This document shows positions 1 to 14,074 of a stretch of 64,000 nt of DNA, in pieces; the first letter of the stretch is position 1, and each line of letters starts with the position of its first letter. The notes beneath the pieces are model-generated. The model saw nothing but the letters and a program-made list of their open reading frames with translations, was not told the DNA's origin and made no database searches. A program made the position numbers and the translations under genes. Location of the stretch: assembly GCF_018977255.1 (NCBI RefSeq), contig NW_024704743.1, positions 92,506,001-92,570,000 on the forward strand, written 5' to 3'. The DNA comes from Callorhinchus milii (Eukaryota).

Positions 1-302
1 ATAAAGTTCAAGTTCCCATTGGCCTTTTTTTTATAGCTGGTACTCAATTGCATGAAAAGATTTTTTNATTTGCTGTTCAACCACAGTTAAATATTTAATT
101 GCTTTAATTCTCAGAAGGAATTTCTTTAGATCTGAGAGAATGATTGGATTTCATTAAACATACTGAGTTGTGACATGCTGCTTGGTTTAGTAACAGTGCT
201 CCATTGCCATTGATGAATTGCTGCTGGGAAGGAGAGATTTACTTCTGGCCATGTGGCTTGCTGAACATTGACTCAAATAAACTCAGTGACCTCTTATTCC
301 TG

Positions 303-450
303 AACAACAACAACAACAACAAGATTCCATTTATAGAGCGCCTTTCACGTCGGGAGGACGTCCCAAGGCGCTGGACAGTTGGGTCAGGATCCGAGTAGGG
401 GGGAAATGGTCAGGGTGAGGGGAGGGAAGAGAGGGAGCGAGGAGGGGGTA
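303..450 (-). mobile_element. L2-clade LINE, short 3' end fragment
   Basis: Reverse complement reads GCGCCTTGGGACGTCCTCCCGACGTGAAAGGCGCTCTATAAATGGAATC(TTG)n, the same stem-loop and tail as the RT-bearing L2 copies in this window. Confidence 0.85.
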
Positions 451-1261
451 GAACAGATCAATGGAGAAATATTTCGTATTTGGTGTACTTTTGCAACCCA
501 TTCTGGGGTAGAAAATCTGGGAGACAAATGTTACTTATTTGTATTGGTTCATTGCTACTCAAATATTCTGAGAGTGTCATGTATCTAATCATAGCCTGGC
601 ACATGGGATGTCCTCTGACTGGGTATTTATGGAATAAAACAAGGTCCTAACTCTAAGCAATTACAAAAGGGGAATTACAGAGTGATCTATCTCACCCAAG
701 AACCAATATTTTATGAGCTTTAGGGCAAGGGCTGAAGTCATGGTTTTTACATACATCATCTTTATGTTTCATTAATTAACAAAAATACCAACCAGCCATG
801 TCAATTTCTCAAATAGCTTTGAACAGAAAGCGATACTTACACAATATTCAAGGATTCAATAAACTTTTATTGAACGTGCGGCCAGAGTAAAAGGGATTTT
901 CAAGACAAAATGTTGTGTCTTTATTGGCCATGTCCATGATGGTATTTCTTACCGTGAAAAAGGCTTGTGGAATTTTGCTAGGATTTTAAGAATGGTGGCA
1001 TTATTTTACTCTCCAAGGGAGAATTCAATGATGTCAATAATAGAATCTGGAGCGTGTTATACCATAACCAATCTTAAATTTATAGTGAAATTCTGTAGTT
1101 TTTTTTGTGGCATAAGGAAATCAATGGTATCAATATAAAAACATTAATTGGTGTAATTACATTGGATGTTGGCATACTTCCAGGTACTGGTAAAAAAATA
1201 ATATTTATGGAACTGATTTTCTTTGTTAAAAAACATAAATTAGTGATTTCAACCTCCACCA

Positions 1262-3725
1262 AAACTGTCCTTGCACTACTTCTGCTGACTTCACTGCCCT
1301 CCTCTTCTCCCTAAACCTCATCCTTCATATACATTCACTCACCCACAACTGTGGTCATGTCCTTGACCTTGTTATCACCAATGGCCTTGACATTTCCGAC
1401 CTCAGCATAGTGGACAAGGCCATCTCGGACTAGTTCCTCATCTCCTTCTCCTCCCACATCCCTCTCTCCTCCACCAAGCCCTCAACCATCCTCTACTGCC
1501 CTTGGAAAAGGCTATCTCCTGAGACCCTCACAAAGGCCCTCGCATCATCAAACATCCTATCCCTCTGGCCTTCCACCCACGGAGATCCTGAAGCAGCCAT
1601 CCAGCTGCTCCATGATCGCCTCTCCTCCACCTTCAACTCCCTTGTCCCCCTGAAATTCAGGACCATCTCCAAACCCACCCGATCCCCCTGGTATAACAAC
1701 CATCTCTGCTGCCTAAAAACCCAAACCCGGCTGCTCGAGCGTAGATGGCGGAAAACTGGCCTGACAGTTCACCGCCAACTGGCTTGAGCATCTCCACAGC
1801 TACTGCTGTCCTTTGATAAGCGCAAAAATGGCCTTCTACTCCAACATCATCTTGGAGGCTAAACACAACTCTAAAATCCATTTTTCCGCCACCCACTACC
1901 TCCTTCGTGCCCCCCCTCAGGCCTCCTCGATCTTCATATCAAATGCCAAAAGTGCGAGGAGGTCATAGACTTATTTTCATCTCATCCACCTGCCTCTTGT
2001 CACCCGCCACCAACCCCTCTCTGTCCCCCTCACCCTTCCCAACATCTGCTCCTACCATCACCCCATCCTACATTCCTTCCTCCCCATCTCTCCCTCCTCC
2101 CTCTTACCCACCATCACCTGCATGAAACCCACCACCTGCTGCCTTGACCCCCTCCCCACCAACTTGCTGGTCACCCAGCTCCCCCTTCTCTGCCCACTAC
2201 TGGCTGATGTGATCAACCAGTCCCTCTCCTCTGGATCAGTCCCTGCCACCTTCAAAACTGCTGTCATCACCCCTCTCCTCAAGAATCCTTCCCTAGATCC
2301 CTCAAACCCCAGCACTACCACCCTATTTCTATCCTGGCTTTCTTCGCAAAAGTCCTAGAACGCGTTGTTGCAAATCAACTTCGCGCACATCTCTCCTCCC
2401 ATTCCTTCTTCGAACCCCTCCAATCCGGTTTCCGCCCTGCCAACAGTACAGAGACTACGCTTGTGAAAGTCCCAAATGACATCCTCTCTATCTATGACCA
2501 GGGCTCCCTCTGCCTCCTCTGTGGTGTTCGACACAGTTGATCACGCCATTCTCCTCCACTGCCTTTCCTCCGTCATCCACCTCAATGGGACCGCACTCGC
2601 CTGGTTTGAGTCCTACCTCACAAACCGCCAGCAGTACATCTGCACAAATGGCTTCTCCTCCCACTCTCACCCGGCCACCTGCGGGGTACCCCAAGGATCC
2701 ATCCTTGGCCCCGTCCTCTTTCTGACCTACATGCTCCCTCTTGGGGATGTCTTCCGCAGACATGGAGTACATTTTCACATATACGCGGAAGACACCAAAC
2801 TCTATTTTTCCACCTCTCTTTGCGACCCCCAGTCCACTTATGTTCTGTCAGCCTGCCCGTCAGATCTCAGGGGCTGGATGAGCACAAATTTCCTGCAGCT
2901 GAACGTTGACAAGATGGAAGCCATACTCTTTGTCTCTCGTCAATGTCTAAAATCTCATGGCTCTCACCTCCTCCACCTACCTGACCTCCCCTGAAACTAT
3001 TCAAACCCATACACAACCTAGTGTCAGGTTCGACCTGGAATTATCCTTCCTCCCCCACATCCGGTCCCTCACCAGCAACACCTTCTTCCGCCTCCGATGC
3101 ATCGCCCGCCTCCGCCAATATCTCTCTCCGAAAGCCGCTGAAACCCTGGTCCATACCCTTGTCACCTCTCGGCTGGACTATTCAAACGCCCTCTTCGCCG
3201 GCCTCCCCTCCACTACCATCCATAAAATCCAGATCATTCAAAACTCTGGCACCCGCATTCTTACCTGCACCAAACTCCGCTCCCTGATGACCCCAATCCT
3301 TGCCAGACTGCACTGGCTGCCTGTCCCAGAGAGAATCGACTTCAAGATCCTCACCCTTGTCTTCAAATCCTTACACTCCTCTGCACCCACCTATCTTTCT
3401 GACCTCCTCTCTCCTCAAAACACTACCCATTGCCTTTATTCCTCCGGGTCTGGCCTCCTCCTCGTCCCCTGAGTCCTCCGTTCCACCCTCAGTGGCCATG
3501 CCTTCAGCCACTATGCCCCGAAGTTCTGGAACTGTCTTCCTCACTCCCTTCGCCTCGCTCCCTCTCTTCCTATTTTCAGGTCTCTGCTAAAGACCTTTCT
3601 CTTCGACCGTGCCTTTGGTCACCTTCCTCCCCATCCCCCTGGCTCAGCACCGGGATCCGTTACTGTAAAGCGCTCTGAGACGCCGTCTGGCGTGGAGAGC
3701 GTATATAAATTCAAGTTGTTGTTGT
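1262..3725 (+). mobile_element. L2-clade LINE, 5'-truncated, degenerate ORF2 (endonuclease C-terminus plus reverse transcriptase)
   Basis: GHVLDLVIT endonuclease-end motif near 1350-1380; RT motifs [30 protein letters not shown] and LHWLP C-terminal motifs; frameshifts and stops; ends in stem-loop plus (TTG)n. Confidence 0.95.
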
Positions 3726-3820
3726 AGTGGCATTTGTGAAGAAAAAAAGGCCAGTTTTAAATTATGGAAATGGTGATGAAGAAGAGTTATGGAGGTTTTA
3801 CCATATTGAATTGGAGGTTT

Positions 3821-4191
3821 ATAATAATAATAAGAAGAATAATAAGAATAATTCTTGCATTTGATATAACGCCTTATCACATCTTTAAGATGTCTCAAAG
3901 CGCTTCACAGAATATCCTGTAAAGTGAATTGGCTATACAATTTGTGGGCAAAAACACCAAGCAATTGTGCACAGCAGTGTCCCACAAACAGTCGTGGATT
4001 GAGTGAACAATTTTTTTTAAGGAATTATTACCCCTGGAAAAGTTTTCCGCCAATCGACTAATGACCTGGTTCCTGCTGGCTAAACAGAGTTTGGAGTAAA
4101 GAAACTAGCCCAACCTTTCCGCCTGCCGGGAACCAAACCTAGGTCTCTCACGTGCGAGGCGAGTGCTCTAATCGCTGAGCTACAGGACTCC
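3821..4191 (-). mobile_element. tRNA-derived SINE with L2-type 3' tail, older long-bodied subfamily
   Basis: Minus strand starts GGAGTCCTGTAGCTCAGCGATTAGAGCACTCGC (A box) with a degenerate B box and ends ATCAAATGCAAG plus (TTA)-rich tail. Confidence 0.9.
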
Positions 4192-5659
4192 AATCTTTTT
4201 GCAGTCTCTGTGTGGATCCTTCTGGCAAAAGATAGAGTGGGTGCGATGAAATCCATGATAAGATGAAATCCATGATAAGGTTAGTTCTAAGTGCTGTGTT
4301 AGTTCCAAGTGCAAACTTGATGTTCTAAATGATCTTTTCTTGTATGTTCTTAATTATCTGAGCGAAAGCATATTGGTCATTCTCTCAAAGATTATCAGTG
4401 CCGAAGATCAAGTGTATGACTACCTGTGTGAAAATTAATTCCGCTAGTAAAGACTTACCGAAGATAAGACACAAAAGATTGATCTGGAAATATTCCAGCC
4501 TCTTTGTATATTTTCTAGACCTTTTATCTGCTGGTTGTTTATCATGACTTACATCTATCTATACATCACAAAGCATTTCAGTTACTTGCAGAGTGAAAAG
4601 GTTCAGTATTCAACAGGAACATGACCACTTCATATAATTACAAGATGAATGTGAATAGTAAATTACATAATTTACTGGTGAACGATATCAGGCACAATCG
4701 GTCATTGCATCAAAGATACAAATTGGCATTTAATTGGCGCTGAGACTGAGAGATAAGAGACAATGTTTTTCAGCCTGGAGCTGAACAATTAACAGTTGGT
4801 TGACGTAGTTACTACTATGATCTGTTTCCCAATACATTTCTCTTATTCTGTCATTTTCCTTAAAACTGCACAACTTAATATTAATGTGATTAATTATCAG
4901 AAAATCCCCCAGAAAAAATTAAGTCTTTCTGGTATACATATAGAGCAGCATGTCAGATTACATTGTTGAGCCATGAGGTAAATAGCCTTAGGTGCAGAAG
5001 GACGATTGATTAAAGGGGCAATATCTTCCATGGTATTCAGATAATATTTTTTTAGATTGCAAGTAAATTGCACGGCACCATCGACTATAAAGAGATTGAG
5101 ATATTTGAAAATAGTTCTTTAATTCCTCTCAGTAGTGGCATGCATGCAAATATATGACATAACGGTGATATATTGGAACAGTAATAAGTGCAAATAATTC
5201 TGATTGCCGTTTTATAAATTTTTTAGCAGGCATCTCACTGAAAACTGTGGAATTCCTGTGCAAATTCAATTCTTCATCCACAACTAAGAAAGATCCAAGG
5301 TGACATTGTAGATTTCACACATAATGCGGCTCATTTATGAGTGGCAAAGGACAATCTGATCTTTTTCAGGGGATATCATGGTTACCTAATTTAAATTGGG
5401 CCAGTATCCCACAAATAAGACCAGAGAGGCTGTTTTTCATTTTTGAAAACAAGCAAGAGGCGCCTCACTGAAATCTTTAAACCAAACCAGCTCAAAGGAA
5501 ATGTTCTGGGCCTCAACCATCTTGGATTCCTGCTCAGTGGGATCATTTTCAATTGCCCCAAAATGTCCTTTCTAACCTAATGAAAACACTCTAACCTAAG
5601 CACTCCGAGATGCTGTCTGAGCTATGTAAATGCAAGTTGTTGTTGTTGTAATGGGATTT

Positions 5660-5790
5660 TTGGATTAAGTATCGGATTGTTAGGCTGGTATCGGATTACT
5701 ATAGAGCGATATTGCATTGTGAGGTCAGCATCGGATTGTTAAAACAATATTGGATTTTTTAGTCCAGTATCGTATTAAGTTAGATCAATA
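5660..5790. repeat. Degenerate short-unit repeat built on ATCGGATT-like motifs
   Basis: About five irregularly spaced variants: GTATCGGATT, GTATCGGATT, GCATCGGATT, ATATTGGATT, GTATCGTATT. Confidence 0.5.
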
Positions 5791-7710
5791 TACTTCGAAG
5801 AGGCTTGGAAGAGCCAACATTAATGTTCAATTTATTTCTGATTATCCCTGGCAACACACGATTGTTATCAAGTGTGCCTCATATGGGTTTAGACACCACC
5901 AATATTTAGAAGTTGGGACAGGCATCATTTCACAACATAACATAAAATTGTTCTTAAAATAAAGAAAGGGATGTGTTTAGGAATGCTTGAAGTTTGATTC
6001 CCATCTCATGCCCTGATGTGAACATTGCAGGTTGAGCACAATAGTTGCAGCCATTTTGACTGTGAGCTCACTGATTATGTAGCAGAGGTCAGAATATGAC
6101 GAAACATTAAACTATTGAACAATAAGTGCTGAATAGTCATTTAACGAATGTTAGATTAATGGATAAAAGCAAAAGTAGTGGTCAGGCAAACTCAATTTTT
6201 AATTTGATTGGTATCATTTGGAAGCATAGATGTAGATTTCATATGTGGAAAACAGATGAATATATAATTTTTAATTTGGTAACCATTGACCCAACAAACA
6301 ACAAGAAGAATATAAATGGTCAGGGAATTAATACAATTATAGAACTGAAGTGTGAAAAGACTGTCAAAAATAAAATGAGAGGAACAATTAATAATAATTA
6401 ATTATACTGTCTGTACAGCAACGTACACAATATCTGAAATAAAAAAGGAGATCTGAAGGCAATAATTCGTAGTAAGGAATCAGATATAATTGTGATTACT
6501 GAAATGCGGTTACAAAAAGAACAGGACTGGCAATTAAACATTGCAGGGTATAATGTATTTAGAAAGGAGAGAGATGGGAAAAAGGGCGGTGGAGTAGTTG
6601 TACTCGTTAAGGATAACATCATGGCAATAGAAAAAANGGGACATAGCCACCAGTAAGATAGAAACGGAATCTGTGTGGATAGAGATAAAAGATAAGAAGG
6701 GATCAATCACACAAATAGGGTACTCTACAGACCACCTAACAATGGAAGGGAGGTAGAGGAAGAAATATGCAAGCAAATTAGGGAAATGAGTAAAAGACAC
6801 AGAGTAACAATAATGGGGGAATTCAACTACCACCAAATAAATTGGCCAGAAGAGGTAGGTAAAGGGGATAAAGGAATGAGTTCCTTCAATGTGTACAGGA
6901 TTCCTGTCTTACCCAGTATGTAAGAGGCCCAATAATGAAGGAATCCCTGCTGGATTTAATAATGGGAAATGAACCAGAGCAGATAAAAGAAGTACGAGTA
7001 GGGGACCATCTAGGCAATAGCGATCATAACTTAATAAGGTTTAAGATAAAGATTGAGAAGGATATCTGCATGACAAAGACCAGGGTAATAGATTGGAAAA
7101 AAGCTGATTTTGAGGGGATGAGAATGGAATTTGGAAAAATAAACTAGAAAACAATATTCGCAAACAAAGAGATAGAGCAGCAGTGGGAAACATTTAAAAA
7201 AATGATCAATAGAGTCCAGGAGAAATATATTCCGCTAAAAAGCTAGACAGAGCTAAATAATAATGAGACACCATGGATGAATAAAGGCACAAGGGCAAAG
7301 TTGAGACACAGGAAAGAGGCGTTAACTAAGTACGTAAACAACAAGTGAGAGCATGACAAAAAAGAATACAAAGAGGTCAGGAAAATAGTCAAAAAAACAA
7401 TTAGGAAGGCAAAGAGGAATTATGAAATTACATTATCAAAGAATACCAAAAGAAATAGTAAAATATTCTACAGATATATAAATAACAAAAGAAAAATCAG
7501 AAAAGGAATAGGGCCACTAAGGGATGGAAAAGATAAACTCAGAGGCCGCAGCAGCAAAATGGCAGAAATATTAAATAATACTTTGCCTCAGTATTCACCA
7601 GGGATAGGACAGGTAGACATCACAGTAGAAGAAGAGTCCAAAATAATATAAATGCATTTAAGATACAAAGGGGAGATATAATCGAAAAATTAACAAAACT
7701 CAGAGAGGAT

Positions 7711-7817
7711 ACAAATATACAGTCAATTCACTTTACAGTCTATTCCGTGAAGCGCTTTGAGATGTCAAGAAGATGTGAAAAGTGCTATATCAAATACAAG
7801 GATTATTATTATTATTA
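7711..7817 (+). mobile_element. 5'-truncated SINE tail inserted in the CR1
   Basis: Matches the 3' ~105 nt of the SINE family with an (ATT)n tail; splits the CR1 reading KLRED/KTPGP. Confidence 0.9.
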
Positions 7818-8950
7818 TAAAACTCCTGGTCCAGCTGGATTGCATCCGCGTATATTAAAAGAATCGAGGGAAAAGATAGCAGAGGCACTATTACATGTAT
7901 ATAATAACTCATTAGAAAAGCGAGTAGTGCCAGAGGACTGGAGGATATCTCATGTTATACCTATATTTAAAAAGGGAGATAGAACAAGCCCAGAGAACTA
8001 CAGGCCTGTCAGCTTAACATCAGTGGTAGGAAAGATAATGGAATCCTTATTTGAAGGAGGTAATACAAAAAAATCTAGAAACAGAAAACATAATAAAGAA
8101 TAGTCAGCACGGATTTCAAAAAGGAAGATCATGCTTGACCAACCTCATTCTCAAGTTGACTACAAAACAGAAAACAGAGAGTAGGGGTAAAGGGTAGCTA
8201 CTCAGACTGGCAGGGGGTGGGCAGTGGTGTCCCACATGGATCAGTATTGGGACCACTGTTGTTCATAATATGCACTAATGACTTGGACTCAGGAATCAGT
8301 AGTACAATTTAAAAATTTGCAGACAACACCAAATTGGGAGGAATAGTTAATACACAGGAGGACTGCAACAAATTACAGCAAGAATTAATAAACTTGATGA
8401 GTGGGCATTTCAATGGCAAATGCATTTCAAGGTAGAAAAGTGTGAGGTGTACATTTTAGTAGAAGGAATAAGGAAGTCACATACATCCTGGAAAATAAAA
8501 ACCTAAATGGGGTAGAGGAACAAAGGGATCTAGAGGTAAATATACACAATTCACTAAAAGTAGCAACACAGGTTAATAAGGCCATAAAAAAGCAAAGCAG
8601 GCATTGGGGTTCATTTCTAGAGGGATAGAAATGAAAAGCGGGGAAGTTATGGTAAACTTCTATGGAACCTTGGTTAGACCCCACTTAGAATACTGTGTGC
8701 AGTTCTGGTCCCCACACTATAGAAGGGATGTAGGGGCACTGGAGAGGGTGCAATGGATGATTCCAGAACCGAGAGGTTATACCTATCAGGAAAGGCTGAA
8801 CATACTTGGGCTCTTTTCTCTTGAAAAGAGGAGGGTAAGGGGTGACCTGATAGAGGTCTTTAGAACGATGAAAGATTTCGATAGGGTAGACATAGGGAAG
8901 ATGTTTCCACTTGTGGGGAGACCAAAACCAGGGGCCATCAATATAAAATA

Positions 8951-9247
8951 ATAATAAAATTCCTTGCATTTGATATAATGCTTTTCACATCTTCTAGAAG
9001 TCTCAAAGCGCTTCACAATAGACTGCAAAGTGAATTGACTGTATATTTATGGGCGAAATGCGGCAGCCAATTGTGCACAGCAGTGTACCACAAACAGTCG
9101 TGGATTGAAATAACCAATTTTTTTTTTAGGGATTATTATCAGGCGTGTGGAGTGAGGAAACTTGCCCAAGGTTTCACCCTGCCGGGAATTGAACCCAGGT
9201 CTCTCGCTTGCAAAGCGAGTGCTCTAACCACTGAGCTACAAGACTCC
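8951..9247 (-). mobile_element. Full-length tRNA-derived SINE inserted in the CR1
   Basis: A and B boxes in the head, L2-type tail, flanked by the direct repeat AAAATA at 8945-8950 and 9248-9253 (putative target-site duplication). Confidence 0.92.
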
Positions 9248-10532
9248 AAAATAGTCACAAATAGATGAAATAGGTAAGTCAGAAGAAATTTCTTTGCATA
9301 GAGAGTAGTGGGAATGTGGAACATGCTACCACAAAAAGTTGTTGAGGTAAATAGCATAGATGTATTTAAGGGGAAGCTAGATAGGTACATGAGGGAGAAA
9401 GGAATAGAAGGTTATGATTGAAGGCTTAGTTGAGGAAGGGCAGGAGGAAGCTCATGTGGAGCATAAATACCGGCATAGACCAGTTGAGCCGAATGGCCTG
9501 TTTCTGTGCTGTACATTCTAATGTATTCTAATGTAACACTAGAGTCCTAGATTGGGAGTATTTTCAAATTGGCACCATGGGAATCCAGTCTGTGAAACAC
9601 ACCTGTTCAAGATTGTATACCATAACTGATTAGATTGATAATCCCAGAGATTCCTTGATAATCCTGCAATTTTTTTNAAAAGATCAATAACATTTTCATG
9701 AAGTTATTTTAAAAGGCATTCTATCTGTATTTGACTTCCTCACCAGGAAATGTACAACAACAACAACTAGCGTCCTTTACCCAGGTTAGCGTCCCAGAAT
9801 GTAGCAGTTGTAATTGTGTAAATTTGCTTTGCCCATTGTGCGAGCAGGTTCAATAGCCTTTTCTTGTACAGTACCATCCTTTCTATTGTTCATTTCACAA
9901 TGAAATGAACAATTGTGAAATGTTCATTGTGAAATGAACAAATTTTTTTTTTTCCTAGCATTTTATTTGGATCATTCTTCCTTGGGCAGATGTTTTCCAA
10001 TTGAAGTACAGAACATCTGCACTAAACGTAGCCAGGGGAAACAGTTCAACAGCTTTTCTTTTCATTAACTTGCCTTCTGTATTTCTGGTACACTGGTTGG
10101 CTAGTGACAATTCCTTTGCACAATTACACCAAGAAAGATAAAAGATTTTCTCAATCCTAGCCCTAGGAATCTTGGACTTAGGATATGAACTAAATTATCC
10201 TAGTTCTGTCAGTCAGACAATCACATTGTTAAGAATTCAATCATTTTATCAGAATCACAAGTATAGAAAACATAAAAAGCATTCCAAGACCAAGATGGCA
10301 AAGAAATACACAGATGATCTGGCAGTCTGCCAACTTAATCAAACACCTGACCAATAAATCGTAATTTAAAAAACACGCACACAAAATAATTATACAGTGC
10401 AGGTCCTCAGGCAGTTAGAACACAGTAATGATTCACACCAACCATATGTAAAAGGAAAGCAAATTAAATTTACTCCTCAAAACTCACAACTTTCTGTTTG
10501 AAGCCACAAAAAAATAGAAAATTGCATCGATT

Positions 10533-12075
10533 GTAATAATAAAAAAATCCTTGCATTTGAGATAGCACCTTTCACATTGAGAGGGTTTCTCAAAGCACAG
10601 CAAAGGATTAATTGTAAAGTGTAGTGACTGTGTATTTGTAGGCAAATGCTGCCACATTTCTATTTGACTTCATTATTGCATCGCACCAAACTCAGGAATG
10701 TTGTTTATTTCATTCCAATCTATTTCTTTTCACCTGAGTAAACATGTTAAATAGTCACATTATGGTCATCGATATTTAAGAGCAAAAGTGAGTGAAAATT
10801 TATTTGAATTTGTTCATGAAAACAGACGTGACCACAAAACTACTCCTCATATATTTCAAATCTATGAAAAAGATGAGCTGTCCACGAAGAACACAGTGTG
10901 ATTAATTATCTCTTGATAAACCTGTCTGAATGCCACAATTTGGTTTAAAGACAAGCTCCAACTTCAGGTTAAAAACAATATAGACAAAACTTCATGATAT
11001 AATAATATGAATCATCCTTGCATTTGATATAGTGCCTTACCACATCTTCAAGATGTTTCAAAGCGCTTCGCAGAATATACTGGAAAGTGAATTGACTATG
11101 TTTTGTGGGCGAAAAGCGGTAGCCAATTGATTAACAACCTGGTTCCAATTTATTGCTAGGTAAACAGAGACATGAGGAGTAAGAAATACATGCCCAAAGT
11201 TTCACCCTGTTACTAACTAATTACCACATTTACCTAGAAATTCAGTGACTACACTTAATAATAATAATCCTTGGGTCTTATCAGGTTGTCGAGAATTCTC
11301 AAAGCTCTTCACAGGAGATATTGTAAAGTGGAGCTGTGGGAGAAACGTGGCAGGTAGTTTGTGCACAGCAGTGTCGCAAAACAGCGACAGTCATTGAGTG
11401 AATGACCAATTTTATTTGAGGGATTGTTAGCCAGGACATCAGGAGAAACTCACTTTTCAAATAGCCCTTGGGATGTTTAACGCCCTCCTTAACACACAGA
11501 TGGGACCTCAGTTTAATGTCTCATCTGAAGGTTATGATATGTAATAATATGACAACTGCTTTTGGTGATAATTTTCACAAAGACAGAATTTGCCTTTTTT
11601 TATGACCAATTTGATAATAACAAAATTGATATAATAATATTAATAACCCTTACATTTGATATAGTGCCTTATCAGTTGTTGAGACCTCTCAAAGCATTTC
11701 ACAGAATATACTGTAAAGTGGGGTTACTGTGTATTTTGTGGGTGAAAGTGGTAGCCATTTGCACACAGCAATGTAATATAGGGTATCATTTTGGAGACTT
11801 GACAGAGACACTGAGTAAAAGAGATCAAGGAGGGGGAAGCTGCCATAGGCCATAACCATAACACAATGATATAGTGCCTTTGATGTAGAAATAAACATGT
11901 CAAACAACTTTAATTTATTAATATAGGGCCTTATCACATTATTGAGATGTCTCAAAGAGCTTCACATAGTATATTGTAAGGTGAATTGACTGTGTATTTT
12001 GTAGGCAAAATGCAGCAGCCAATTGTGCACAGCTGTCCCACAAACAGTCGTGGATTGAGTGATCACATTTTTTTG
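10533..12075 (-). mobile_element. Cluster of old SINE remnants (about 10533-10660, 11010-11210, 11257-11530, 11630-11775, 11915-12075); the 11257-11530 copy has a DeuSINE-like core
   Basis: Repeated degenerate ATCCTTGCATTTGATATAG...CTCAAAGCGCTTCACAG tails. One copy continues into CCAGGACATCAGGAGAAACTC...TTTAATGTCTCATCTGAAGG, resembling the Deu domain. Confidence 0.75.
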
Positions 12076-12254
12076 ATGTCATTGATAAGAAGTTAGATGA
12101 ATATTGTTGGATGTGTAAATATGGCAGCAAATTTATTTCAGCAACATTTCATAAATATTATCCCATGAGATGTTTCCATCCATCTCATGGGATTAGCAGT
12201 CCATTTCTTTGAATCTGAGGGTAAATTTGGATGAGGAGGGCAATACAATATAAA

Positions 12255-12925
12255 ATTACAAAATTACATTTGTAAAGTGGTTTTCACGTTGGGAGGACAT
12301 CACAAGGCCCTGGACAGTCAGGATTCATAACACGAGCAATAGGTTGTGTGGGGGTTGTTGGGATCAGGGAGGGTGGCCAAAGGCATGGTTGAAGAGGAGA
12401 GTCTTTGAACGTATCTTGAAGGAGGATTAGGGAGGGAATGAGGCAAAGGGAATGAGGGATGGAGTTCAATAGGGTGGGGTCAGAGAGGCTGACAACCCAA
12501 ACGTTGATGGTGGGGAGGGCTGGGTGGGGGACGTGGAGCAGGACAGGTTGATATGGGTTTAGCAGGTCACCGAGGTAGGAAGAAGCAAGGCTGCTGAGAG
12601 CCTTGAATGTGAGGACAAGGATTTTGAACTCTATACTCTGGGGGCTAGGAAGCCAGTGGAGCCGAGTGAGGGTGGGGATAATAAGGTCACAAAATCTGGT
12701 GCAGGAGAGGACACGAGCTGCAGAGTTCTGGATGATCTGCAGCTTGTGGAGGTAAGTGTTGGGAAGGCCGACAAGCAGGGAGCTGAGCCTAGATGTGATG
12801 AATGTGTGAATGAGGGTTTCAGCAGCCTGAAGGGTGAGGCAATGGCTGAGTCGGGCAATGTTGCGAATGTGGGGGAAGGCAGAGCAGATCATAGCATGGA
12901 TGTGGGATAGGATAACCAGGAGAAG
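12255..12925 (-). mobile_element. L2-clade LINE 3' fragment
   Basis: Minus ORF contains AAETLIHTFITSRL, LQIIQNSAARVL, LHWLP and IEFKILVLTFKAL, followed by an L2 terminal stem-loop. Confidence 0.92.
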
Positions 12926-14074
12926 GATTCCGCAGAGCATTAAAGGAGTAATCCACCTGAATACTAAAATGTTCTGCCTAAAATTGATAACACTAAGATT
13001 GAGTTGGTCATTTAGAAATAAATAATAAAATAATTTTATTTTTAAATAATGGAGCCTTAAAATAGGATAACATGCTTGGCAATGGAATACTAGGATATTC
13101 TTAAGCATAGTGATTGGATTCCACATGTGTCAAGCACCCAGCTGACACAAGAACATTGACAATAAATATTATTACCACATGCCATGCCACACAGTTCTCC
13201 TTATGTTTCTTACAAAATAAGACAGGCTTTTTAATCTGTTTCAGCTTCAGAGAGCAAAACCTTTAATTCTGCAAATGGTAAAAGATGAAGCCACAGATGT
13301 CTCATCATGGTCACTGTTATCATCTCATTACTGTGCGAGGCATTTAGTAATTTTACACCAGGCTTTATATTCTCTCTTTGCATTGAAATAAAAACAGTTT
13401 CTTTGGAGTTTCCTCGGGGGGGTTGCTGCTCGATTAAAAAATCATTGTGTTTGAACACTGTTTATTGGAACAGCTGTTAACACCCCCATTGGATGTCATT
13501 CCAGCAATATTTAGTGGATAATAAGCATTGGTTTGCTAATGCAATATTGTTATTTGTTATTGAAATGCGGCATCTCTGACATTCTAAGTCAATCTATTGG
13601 ATCCACTCTCCCTGGTACTCTGTCCTGGTGATTATTCTGCAGATAATTTCAGAGTAATCTGATTCTGCTTTCACTTGATTTCCTTTCTCATCCCTCATGT
13701 GAACCATAATGACGTTTCTCCTTCAAAAATTCAGTATCATTCGTCTAATGACACCATATTTTTCATGCTCCAATGCTCCTTTCAAAAATAAAAAACCCCA
13801 AAGACAATCAAATGGAAAATGTACTTTCTTGCAGTAAATCTTCATTGCTAATTACTAATCCAAATGTGGAAGCTGCCTGCTTAGATAGAGTAAAAATGTG
13901 GCTGGATCATTTGGAACTCTTCCCCCTGCTCGTAAAGGCATCAACAATTATAATGTGGAGATGTTGTAATGAGTCACTGGAAAGCTATTTTTGTGAGGAC
14001 TGAATTGATACTGCATCATACAAATAGAAACGTTGCAGGTATTTACACTAAGTGACACAGTGCTATGGTATTAT

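Larger units (their letters stand above)
6395..9536 (+). mobile_element. CR1-clade LINE, near-complete but decayed ORF2, interrupted by two SINE insertions
   Basis: Endonuclease start LYCLYSN, MGEFNY and LGNSDHN; KTPGPAGLHPRILKE; NYRPVSLTSVVGK; LVRPHLEYCVQFWSP; LGLFSLEKRR; internal RT deletion near 8148; CR1-type 3' end CCGAATGGCCTGTTTCTGTGCTGTAC with ATTCTA repeats. Confidence 0.95.

Noticed and set aside
4245..4278. 17-bp tandem duplication GATGAAATCCATGATAA
   Set aside because: Ordinary slippage-type duplication with no further structure.
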